Assembly: GCA_963666285.1 (NCBI GenBank)
Contig: OY762711.1
From: Sedimentisphaerales bacterium
GTDB lineage: Bacteria > Planctomycetota > Phycisphaerae > Sedimentisphaerales > SM23-30
Reading direction: 5' to 3' (one strand)
DNA length: 64,000 nt
Shown: one piece after another, positions 10,612-18,639 of the stretch
Layout: each line of letters starts with the position of its first letter
Position numbering within the stretch: the stretch's first letter is position 1
Made by a program: the position numbers and the translations under genes
Notes under the pieces: model-generated
What the model was told of the DNA's origin: nothing
What the model saw: only the letters and a program-made list of their open reading frames with translations
The model's database searches: none

Positions 10612-12273
10612 ATGCCGTATGCAATAGGATTAGATTTTGGAACAAACTCGGTTCGCAGCCTTATCGTTGACATCAGTAACGGAAACGAAGTAGGTACAAG
10701 TATTTACGAATACGAGACCGGTCAGGCCGGAATAGTACTGGACGCAGCAGATCATAATGTAGCTCGCCAGAACCCAGCTGACTACCTGACAGGCATAGAA
10801 AAGACCATAACCGAAGCAATGGCGCAGGCAAAAAAGACGGTACCAGGTTTTAGTGGTGACGAAGTAATCGGTATCGGGGTTGATACTACCGGTTCAACCC
10901 CAATGCCAGTGGATAAAGATGGTACCCCCCTGAGTGAACTACCAGAATTTAAGGGTAATATTAATGCTATGGCATGGCTGTGGAAAGATCATACCTCCTA
11001 TGAAGAAGCGGCTAAGATAACCGAGATTGCCGCAGCTAACCGTCCGGAATATTTAGCCAAGTGCGGCGGAATCTATTCATCTGAATGGTTCTTCAGTAAG
11101 CTATGGCATTGCCTGAACATAGACCCTAAGGTGTTTGACGCAGCTTATACATGGGTCGAGTATTGCGACTGGATAACAGCGGTTCTTACCGGAAATGACA
11201 AACCCGAAGATATTGTCCGCTGTCGCTGTGCGGCCGGTCACAAAGCGTTTTATAACGACAGTTGGGGCGGCTTGCCAGACAAAGAGTTCCTGGCAATGAT
11301 AGATCCTAAAATGGCAGACCTGCGTGACAGGTTGTTTAATAAGACCGCAATGATAGATGAAGAAGCCGGCAAGCTAACTTCAGACTGGTCAGCAAAGCTA
11401 GGTCTTAAAGCGGGCATACCAGTAGCGGCAGCAGCGTTTGACTGTCATCTGGGTGCAGTTGGTGCCGGAGTGAGTCCAGGAACGATGGTAAAGGTAATCG
11501 GTACCAGTACCTGCGATCTTATGGTTTCAGACTCTCCAGAGCTGGCGGATATCCCAGGTGTATGCGGTATAGTTGACGGTTCTGTGCTGCCCGGAACGTT
11601 TGGAATCGAAGCGGGTCAATCAGCGGTAGGCGATATATTCAACTGGTTTGTCAACTATATCCAGCCTAAAGGTGAAGGTCATGTAGAACTGACGAAAAAA
11701 GCCGATGCGTTGAAGCCCGGCCAGAGCGGTCTGCTGGCGTTGGACTGGAATAACGGAAACCGTACTATCCTGGTTGACCAGAGGCTGACGGGGCTACTGA
11801 TAGGTCAGACACTGCATACCAAGCCTGAAGAAATCTATAGAGCACTGGTCGAAGCAACTGCTTTTGGCGCTTTAACGATAATCAACCGAATTGAAGAATA
11901 CGGAGTCGAGATTAAAGAAGTAGTAAACTGCGGCGGTATTGCCGAGAAGAACCCAATGGTTATGCAGATCTATGCCGATATCTGTAACCGTGAGATGAAG
12001 GTATCTCGTTCGGCCCAGACCTGTGCGTTAGGCTCAGCAATCGCGGCAGCGGTAGTAGCGGGCGGTCATCCGGACTTTGCGACAGCCCAAAAGGCAATGA
12101 CGGGTGTCAAGGAAGTGACATATAAGCCAATTCCAGAGAATGCATCGGTTTACGCGAAGCTGTATAAGCTATACAAGCAGCTGCATGACGGTTTTGGAGT
12201 GGCGGATAACAGTCTGAGTATGGCAAAAGTTATGAAAGAACTGCTGGACATAAAAGAATCCGCAAATAGCTAG
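10612..12273 (+). CDS. araB: L-ribulokinase
   Basis: FGGY kinase start IGLDFGTNSVR; GIGVDTTGST, LWKDHT, YSSEWF, LDWNNGNRT; adjacent to araD. Confidence 0.93.
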   Translation: MPYAIGLDFGTNSVRSLIVDISNGNEVGTSIYEYETGQAGIVLDAADHNVARQNPADYLTGIEKTITEAMAQAKKTVPGFSGDEVIGIGVDTTGSTPMPVDKDGTPLSELPEFKGNINAMAWLWKDHTSYEEAAKITEIAAANRPEYLAKCGGIYSSEWFFSKLWHCLNIDPKVFDAAYTWVEYCDWITAVLTGNDKPEDIVRCRCAAGHKAFYNDSWGGLPDKEFLAMIDPKMADLRDRLFNKTAMIDEEAGKLTSDWSAKLGLKAGIPVAAAAFDCHLGAVGAGVSPGTMVKVIGTSTCDLMVSDSPELADIPGVCGIVDGSVLPGTFGIEAGQSAVGDIFNWFVNYIQPKGEGHVELTKKADALKPGQSGLLALDWNNGNRTILVDQRLTGLLIGQTLHTKPEEIYRALVEATAFGALTIINRIEEYGVEIKEVVNCGGIAEKNPMVMQIYADICNREMKVSRSAQTCALGSAIAAAVVAGGHPDFATAQKAMTGVKEVTYKPIPENASVYAKLYKLYKQLHDGFGVADNSLSMAKVMKELLDIKESANS

Positions 12274-12374
12274 TTCTTAGAGTGATGAGTGAAGAGCTTA
12301 GAAATTAGAACAAAAAGTTGTGGTGTTCGTCTGCAGTGGCGGACTCACAACTTGTTTTTTATAAGGATAATACA

Positions 12375-13064
12375 ATGAAGCTGGAACAACTACGAGAAGA
12401 GGTATGTGCGGCTAACCTTGAGCTGGTAACACGTAACCTGATCATCTACAGCTGGGGAAATGTGAGCGGAATCGATCGCGAAAAGGGTTTGGTGGTTATC
12501 AAGCCGAGCGGTATCGATTATGCGGACCTGACACCAGATAAGCTGGTAGTACTGGACCTGGAAGGTAATAAGGTTGAAGGCGAACTGAAGCCATCTTCTG
12601 ATACCCCAACCCACCTTGAGCTGTATCGTCAGTTTGAGGGGATTGGCGGCGTGTGTCATACGCATAGTACCCATGCGACGGTATGGTCGCAGGCATGCCG
12701 GGGAATACCGTGTTTGGGGACGACCCATGCGGACTATTTCTACGGTGAGATACCGGTAACGGACGCAATGAGTAAGGAAGCGATTGAGAGCGACTATGAG
12801 CTAAATACCGGTAAGGTAATCGTCGAGCGGTTCAAAGGTATTGACCCGATGCAGATGCCCGCGGTTCTGGTAGCGAATCATGGGCCGTTTACCTGGGGAG
12901 CTAATGCGGGTAAGTCAGTAGAGTCTGCGGTGGTATTGGAGCAGGTAGCGATGATGGCGATTCGGACGGCTGTTATTAAGCCTGAGCTGCCGCCGATCTC
13001 GCAGGTATTACTTGATAAGCATTATCTACGTAAACATGGGGCTAACGCATACTACGGGCAATAA
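12375..13064 (+). CDS. araD: L-ribulose-5-phosphate 4-epimerase
   Basis: WGNVS, IKPSG, PSSDTPTH, HTHS, GTTHADYFYG, HYLRKHGANAYYGQ; ATG at 12375 follows AAGGA. Confidence 0.96.
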   Translation: MKLEQLREEVCAANLELVTRNLIIYSWGNVSGIDREKGLVVIKPSGIDYADLTPDKLVVLDLEGNKVEGELKPSSDTPTHLELYRQFEGIGGVCHTHSTHATVWSQACRGIPCLGTTHADYFYGEIPVTDAMSKEAIESDYELNTGKVIVERFKGIDPMQMPAVLVANHGPFTWGANAGKSVESAVVLEQVAMMAIRTAVIKPELPPISQVLLDKHYLRKHGANAYYGQ

Positions 13065-13230
13065 GGCAAAGCCTGGAACAGGCCGCGCTATCGCTCGGAA
13101 ATGAGCAAACCATGCTGGTTTGCTGAATGACTTGATAGTAAGTATATGTCAGACTACATAATTTGATTTTTTAATGGAAGGAAAATTGAGTTTGCTATTG
13201 AGTAGAATTATTTTAATGTAATGTTCAGTG

Positions 13231-13413
13231 CTGGTGCTACCAAAACAGCGAAAAAGCCGAATTTTGGCCTCTTTACGGCGTTAAACGCCGTCGAACGGAG
13301 GCATCGCGGGCAGGCAGCGAAAGGCTGTAAACGGCCACGGACGCTTACGGAGCTAGCGCGGCGAAGAAGTAATTTTGGGGTAAAATGGCTATTTTGCCTG
13401 TTGGGCTTACCAG
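13231..13413. repeat. GC-rich element with nested imperfect inverted repeats (MITE/REP-like)
   Basis: Ends CTGGTGCTACCAAAACAGCGAAAAAGCCGAATTTT and reverse complement CTGGTAAGCCCAACAGGCAAAATAGCCATTTT; internal hairpin ACGGCGT-TAA-ACGCCGT. Confidence 0.5.
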
Positions 13414-13511
13414 AAAAAACGGTTGGTAATTAAGTCGCAAATTGGTGGTTGCAGGTAACAGCGGGAAGATTTTTTAAGGCAATAGTGAGATATAAATGAG
13501 AAAGAAAAGTT

Positions 13512-14207
13512 GTATGCCGGCGAACGGAAACTTTAAAAATTATGAATGCTGAATTATGAGAGCGACAAGCTAAGCTGGTGCAGTCAAGTCGGCCAATCCG
13601 GCATGGGGAAGGGCTAGCCACTCGTCCATTACAGCACTGGACGTGCAGTGAGGTAACAAGTTGTGCGAAGCTCCGGGAAAGGAGTTTGTCAGCTACAACG
13701 TAAGTGAAGGTATTGAGCCTCGAAATTATTCCTTATCGCATCCTGGGCAGGGTTTTTATTTGCCTGAAGCCAATAACGATATATGCAAAATACGGCGAGT
13801 ATATATCGGGGAGCCGGGGGCTGAGTTCTTAGCTGGTAAAAGAACTGACTTCATTGGAACATCGGAGAACCAAAATGCTCTGAAAGGAAGCGACCAAGGA
13901 GCTGAAACTGTGACGCGTCCGTATGGCATTTTGGTAGTCGGGCTGACTCATAGTAGAGGAGTAAACAGGGTATTGGCCAGGCACTGAACTGGAAGAAATC
14001 ATGAACGTTCCACAGCGTCTTCTATCGGAGACATCTACAAGGCACATTACTTTGCCTTATGTAGCCGTCAAAGTGAGCATTAATGAAGAGCCGGATGAGG
14101 GAAATCTTCAAGTTCGGTTCTGGGAGGGGCATGCGTTTCCTTGCACTAAATATAATGAATCTCAGAATTTGCTAAATTAATGAAAGGAGGCGACATGCCT
14201 ACTCGAC
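13512..14207 (+). ncRNA. ORF-less group II intron (~696 nt)
   Basis: Domain V GAGCCGGATGAGGGAAATCTTCAAGTTCGGTTC at 14088, followed by a domain VI that ends CCTACTCGAC; DI-like segments (GGTAAC...CGAAGC, GAGCCTCGAAA) and DIII-like CATAGTAG; no RT ORF. The 5' boundary GTATGCCG is inferred. Confidence 0.88.
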
Positions 14208-14253
14208 AGGATGAGAAGAGTTAGAAGAAAGAAGCGAGAAGGGAGAGTTTAAA
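14208..14253 (+). repeat. Purine-rich ~7-nt periodic repeat (3' flank of the intron)
   Basis: AGGATGAGAAGAGTTAGAAGAAAGAAGCGAGAAGGGAGAGTTTAAA; near-identical copy on the minus strand at 50654-50699. Confidence 0.85.
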
Positions 14254-14267
14254 TTGTGAGTATTAGA

Positions 14268-14475
14268 GGTGCGGTTTATGCTTTGCATCATATGTATGTC
14301 GCACTTTTGACTGTTCAACGTTATACGCAAAGGCCGGAACAGTGCCAACTAAGTGAAAAATTATGATGTTGGACTATAGTCTCACGCTTTGTTTTAAACA
14401 TAAGTGTTGCAGGAAGGCCCTTTTAGGCGATTTACCAAAGGCACTTCGTTATTGCAACTTAAAAACTGCGAAAGT
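14268..14475 (-). repeat. Dispersed ~200 bp element, copy 2 (inverted)
   Basis: Reverse complement matches the conserved blocks of the copies at 579 and 34023. Confidence 0.9.
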
Positions 14476-14774
14476 GAATCTAGTGTTAACCTTTTAATAA
14501 ACTAAATCTGTCATTATTAATGATTTGTAAATCAATCTATAGCGATGATTATCGCAGGTATACAAGTATATTGGTGAGGCGATATCCTTGGTAAGCTTTT
14601 CTATGATAGAAAAAGGAATTAACATTATTTGCCCAGGTTAAGTATTTGTTATATAAATATCGATACTTTTTTCTTAAATTATTTTACTTTCCTGAAAATT
14701 CTCTTCTATAATACTGCAAAATAGAAAGTTAAGTACAAAATATAAACTAAAAGACATAGAAGAGAGGAATTTAA

Positions 14775-16145
14775 ATGAAAATTATTGTAGTCGGAATCAA
14801 TCATGCCGGAACATCAGCAATAAGGACATTATTGGCACAGAGCAGAGACCATGAGATAACTGGTTATGACAGGAACAGTAATATTTCTTTCCTTGGTTGC
14901 GGTATAGCACTGGCTGTAGGTGGAGAGGTAGATAATATTGAAAAGCTGTTTTATTGTAATCCTGTGAAGTTGCAGGAGCAGGGTGCTGTAATCAAGATGA
15001 GTCATGATGTAGTCGAGATAGATTACAAGAAACAGGTAGTGAAAGTAAAGGACCTGGAAAGTGGAAATGTATTTGAGGATGCTTATGATAAGCTGATCTA
15101 TGCAGCCGGTTCGTGGCCGATTGAGATCCCCGGAGTGCCGGAGGAAAACCGTTCGCTGGAGAATATCGAGATATGTAAGCTGTTTCAGCATGCAAAAGAG
15201 TTGATAGCAAAAGGTGATGATCCGGCAATTGAATCCGTTGCAGTTATAGGGGCGGGATATATAGGTATTGAGCTGGCAGAAGCTTATGAGAAGAAGGGCA
15301 AGAAAGTAACGCTTGTCGATTTTGAGAAAAGAGTTTTGCCGAAGTATTTTGATACCGAGTTTACAGATACACTGGAAGCGGATATGAGGGATAATGGTAT
15401 TACGCTCGCACTAGGTGAGAAGGTTGTAGACTTTGAAGGTGAGGGTGGAAAGGTAAAGAAGGTTGTAACGGAAAGAGGGAAGTACGAAGCAGATCTGGTG
15501 ATAGAGTGTATCGGATTTAAGCCTAATTCAGAATTGCTGCCGGATGCGGACAAGACGCCAAACGGCGCATTGATAGTTGATAGTCATATGAAGACGAGTT
15601 TGCCGAATATCTATGCGATAGGTGATTCGTGTGCGATGTATCACGCTGCTTTGGACAGGCCGGTACAGGTGGCGTTGGCAACAAATGCAGTTAAATCCGG
15701 TATTGCAGCGGCGAGTAATATTAACGGTAATGGGGTAGTGGCAGTTAATAGCGTAGCAGGAACAAATGCAATATGTGTATTTGATAATAAGCTTGCCAGT
15801 ACCGGCATAAACGAGGAAACAGCGGCTAAGTATGGAATAGATGCGGCATCAAGTTATGTAGAGGATAACGACAGACCGGAGTTTATGAGCTCGTATAACA
15901 GTACGCGGTTTAAGCTGATATATGAGAAGGATACTTTGAGATTGCTTGGCGCCCAGATTGGGTCATATGGTGACAGCAATCATACCGAGGTTATATATTA
16001 CCTGGCGCTGGCGGTACAGCGGAAGCTGACTCTGATAGACCTTGCCTTTACAGATGTATATTTTCTACCACATTTTAATAAGCCGTTTAACTTTGTGTTG
16101 ACAGCGATAATGCAGGTGCTGGGGCTGGACTATTATAAAAATTAG
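14775..16145 (+). CDS. nox: FAD-dependent NADH oxidase (Nox/CoA-disulfide reductase family)
   Basis: VVGINHAG FAD motif; SFLGCG redox Cys; GAGYIGIE NADH motif; IYAIGD; FLPHFNKP. Confidence 0.9.
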   Translation: MKIIVVGINHAGTSAIRTLLAQSRDHEITGYDRNSNISFLGCGIALAVGGEVDNIEKLFYCNPVKLQEQGAVIKMSHDVVEIDYKKQVVKVKDLESGNVFEDAYDKLIYAAGSWPIEIPGVPEENRSLENIEICKLFQHAKELIAKGDDPAIESVAVIGAGYIGIELAEAYEKKGKKVTLVDFEKRVLPKYFDTEFTDTLEADMRDNGITLALGEKVVDFEGEGGKVKKVVTERGKYEADLVIECIGFKPNSELLPDADKTPNGALIVDSHMKTSLPNIYAIGDSCAMYHAALDRPVQVALATNAVKSGIAAASNINGNGVVAVNSVAGTNAICVFDNKLASTGINEETAAKYGIDAASSYVEDNDRPEFMSSYNSTRFKLIYEKDTLRLLGAQIGSYGDSNHTEVIYYLALAVQRKLTLIDLAFTDVYFLPHFNKPFNFVLTAIMQVLGLDYYKN

Positions 16146-16185
16146 GCAGCTTCAGGGTGGGCAAGAATGTTATGAGCTATAGTAT

Positions 16186-16255
16186 TTCTAAGCCAGTTTT
16201 TCCGGCTTAGAATATATTTGTACTGAATAGTGTGGGCAGGTTGTGTATCTGCCCA
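16186..16255. terminator. Hairpins between convergent genes
   Basis: TTCTAAGCC...GGCTTAGAA (16186-16212) and TGGGCAG...CTGCCCA (16233-16255). Confidence 0.5.
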
Positions 16256-16330
16256 TTCATTATTATGCCAGCAAGTGTAAGCTGCTGATTGGTTGTGAGG
16301 GTAGGTGTAAGTGGGGATATTGGCTGGAAA

Positions 16331-17620
16331 TTATTTAGACTGTTTAGCAGCATTCAGAATGATATCGACGCATTTTTCTATGCCGTAATGGCTGGAGTTT
16401 AATGTCAGGTCATAGTTTTTGGATTGGCCCCACTGAGTATGTGAAAAATGTCTACAGTGGTTAGCTCTTTCTGTGTCGATATTGTGGATTTTCTTTTCGG
16501 CTTCCTGGGGCGGCAGTTTGTCGATTTCTACGATACGTTTGATCTTTGTTTTCATGTCGGCGATGATAAACACATGTAATGCATTTTTATGATTTAAAAT
16601 ATGATTTGCCAGCCTTCCAACTATAATGCAGGATTCTTTAGCGGCCAGTTCTTTTATTACATGTGATTCTATATGGAATATTCTTTCTATGATAGGCAGA
16701 TCTTCTTCTTTCGCTGTCGGTGTATACCACATATACAGATCATGCAGGATTGGATTATCAATTTTTTGCTCATTATTTTCTATGGTTTTTTCTGAATAGT
16801 TACTTTCCCGGGCTGCGAGCCTTATCAATTCGGAATCGTAATATGCTATGCCGAGGGCCTTAGCAACCATTTTACCAATCAACCGTCCTCCGCTTCCGTA
16901 TTCTCGAGATATTGTTAATACGAAGTTATTTTCCGGGATTTCAACTGCTGTGTTGTTATTAGAGATGGATTCCGGGAGCAGCAGCAGTGTTAGTGGTTTA
17001 AATTTGTACAGAAAAAACTTAACCATAAACCCGGTAATTATCGCTGCAATGATTGTTCCTTCTCTAACTCCAATCAATTCATGTAGAAATACCAGGCACA
17101 ATATGCCTGCGATAACAGCCATTGTTACATCAGAAATAACTCTGATCTCGCCGAATTTTTTTTTTATTACTTTGGTTATTGCCCTTACGAACGCATCGCC
17201 CGGCAACATTACAACATCAGCTATGACCTGAAGATAGGCCCCGGTTGCAATAATCACGCAACCGATAAGTAAAGATAGTATTTGTATGATGTAAATGTCG
17301 GGACTGAATAATTTGAGGCAATACATGGAAAAGTCGATGAAATAGCCGAATGCGAATGAGATAATCGCTTGGAGGATCAGCTCTATTTTATTGGCATTTT
17401 TTCCCAGTAAAATGATTTGGAAAAAAATAAGCAGCAGGCTGAATATTATTGTCCAGTTGCCCATGGTCAGGCTGGGGATTATCAAAGATAGTGTATAGGG
17501 TATTGCCGAAATTGGTGATGTGCCAAGCAGGGCTTTGGTTATGAATGCCACGCCGAATGCAGTAAGGGAAAGCCCGACGAAAAAAATCAGGTATCGTTTT
17601 GTTATTTCTCTTCTATCCAT
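16331..17620 (-). CDS. YczE/YitT-type membrane domain fused to a cytidylate-kinase-like domain
   Basis: Hydrophobic N-half with LGTSPIS and GVREGTIIAA; C-half TISREYGSGG, CIIVGR, YDLTLNS. Confidence 0.85.
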   Translation of the reverse strand: MDRREITKRYLIFFVGLSLTAFGVAFITKALLGTSPISAIPYTLSLIIPSLTMGNWTIIFSLLLIFFQIILLGKNANKIELILQAIISFAFGYFIDFSMYCLKLFSPDIYIIQILSLLIGCVIIATGAYLQVIADVVMLPGDAFVRAITKVIKKKFGEIRVISDVTMAVIAGILCLVFLHELIGVREGTIIAAIITGFMVKFFLYKFKPLTLLLLPESISNNNTAVEIPENNFVLTISREYGSGGRLIGKMVAKALGIAYYDSELIRLAARESNYSEKTIENNEQKIDNPILHDLYMWYTPTAKEEDLPIIERIFHIESHVIKELAAKESCIIVGRLANHILNHKNALHVFIIADMKTKIKRIVEIDKLPPQEAEKKIHNIDTERANHCRHFSHTQWGQSKNYDLTLNSSHYGIEKCVDIILNAAKQSK

Positions 17621-17709
17621 GTTTTTTTGCAGTGGTTTTGTTAAGGTAGGTTATTTAGCGTTTGTTTTGAGTGGTGCTGCGATCTCAAGGGTTGCTATGG
17701 TTGTGTGGA

Positions 17710-18123
17710 TTATCGGCTTATTTTGTCCAGTAAGTCTGATAAAGCAGCTTTTTCCTTTTTTGTCAGCTTTTTCAGCATAACCTGGCTTACATTTGTGCCG
17801 CAGGTTTCTAAAATTGTATATTTTTTGTGCCCTTTAGGAGATAAATGTATATGCTTTGAACGCGCATCATCCTCGTATACCTCGACCTCTAGCAGTTGTT
17901 TCTTTTTCATTCTTTCAACGATATTTCTTGCTGCCTGATGGCTGATTTCCAGGTGATTTTTAAGATCCTGTATTCGGACGCCATGGTTTCTCTTAAAAAA
18001 CAATATGGTTTCGGACTGGTTAGAGGTGAGATCCAGTTTGCGTAAATCTTTATTTCGTGTGTTTATTAGTTTGTTGCCGATTTTAAGGATTTTGCGGCCT
18101 ATACTAAATTCGTCACTAGGCAT
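17710..18123 (-). CDS. MarR-family transcriptional regulator
   Basis: LTSNQ, wHTH and DARSKHIHLS wing; GGAG precedes ATG 18123. Confidence 0.88.
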   Translation of the reverse strand: MPSDEFSIGRKILKIGNKLINTRNKDLRKLDLTSNQSETILFFKRNHGVRIQDLKNHLEISHQAARNIVERMKKKQLLEVEVYEDDARSKHIHLSPKGHKKYTILETCGTNVSQVMLKKLTKKEKAALSDLLDKISR

Positions 18124-18138
18124 TATTTCTTTTCTCCA

Positions 18139-18185
18139 AATATACAACAGGTTGTATATTGTAGCAAAAATTTACATAATGTCAA
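18139..18185 (-). promoter_or_regulatory. MarR promoter and palindromic operator
   Basis: Minus-strand TTGACA (18185-18180) and TACAAT (18163-18158); perfect palindrome AATATACAAC-AG-GTTGTATATT at 18139-18160. Confidence 0.8.
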
Positions 18186-18241
18186 TAAGCTGCTTTGTGT
18201 TATTATATTTGCTCTTAAGGTATTACCATCAATAACTTCTG

Positions 18242-18610
18242 CTATATTTCGTTGTATTTTTTGTTGCAGCCTTTGGCTTTATCGACCGGGTAGCGAGATT
18301 CGTTGAGTTTGAGCTTGTCGTTGATAGCTTTGGTTATGTCTATGTCGGCGGCGTGGGCGAATTCGAACAGCAGCATAGCAATATCAGCGACTTCGCTGGT
18401 GATCTCATTGCGTTTATCTGGATCGTTCATAGTTTCGTTTGACTCCTGGTCGGTATGCCAGCGGAAGTGAGCCATTAGTTCGCCGGTTTCGGAACCGACT
18501 GCCATGGCAAGATTTTTGAGGCTGTGGAATTGCCTCCAGTCGCGGGCATCGACGAAGGCCATTATTGTTTTTTGGATATCCGATATTGTAGTGGTGTTGT
18601 CGTTGGTCAT
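18242..18610 (-). CDS. MazG-like nucleotide pyrophosphohydrolase (DCTPP1-like)
   Basis: RDWRQFHSLKNLAM, ETGEL, EVADI, NESRYP; start may be 18664. Confidence 0.88.
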   Translation of the reverse strand: MTNDNTTTISDIQKTIMAFVDARDWRQFHSLKNLAMAVGSETGELMAHFRWHTDQESNETMNDPDKRNEITSEVADIAMLLFEFAHAADIDITKAINDKLKLNESRYPVDKAKGCNKKYNEI

Positions 18611-18639
18611 GGTTTTTATAATAATAGGTTTGTTGATTG

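Noticed and set aside
661..13101. 10-mer GCTCGGAAAT seen near 661, 9982 and 13092
   Set aside because: Short, noticed post hoc, and the flanks are unrelated.
13221..14047. Short ORFs (70, 63, 108 and 72 aa)
   Set aside because: They lie within the inverted-repeat element and intron RNA and show no RT or other protein motifs.
13512..14207. Diversity-generating retroelement or retron
   Set aside because: No reverse transcriptase and no TR/VR pair with adenine-specific mismatches was seen in the window.
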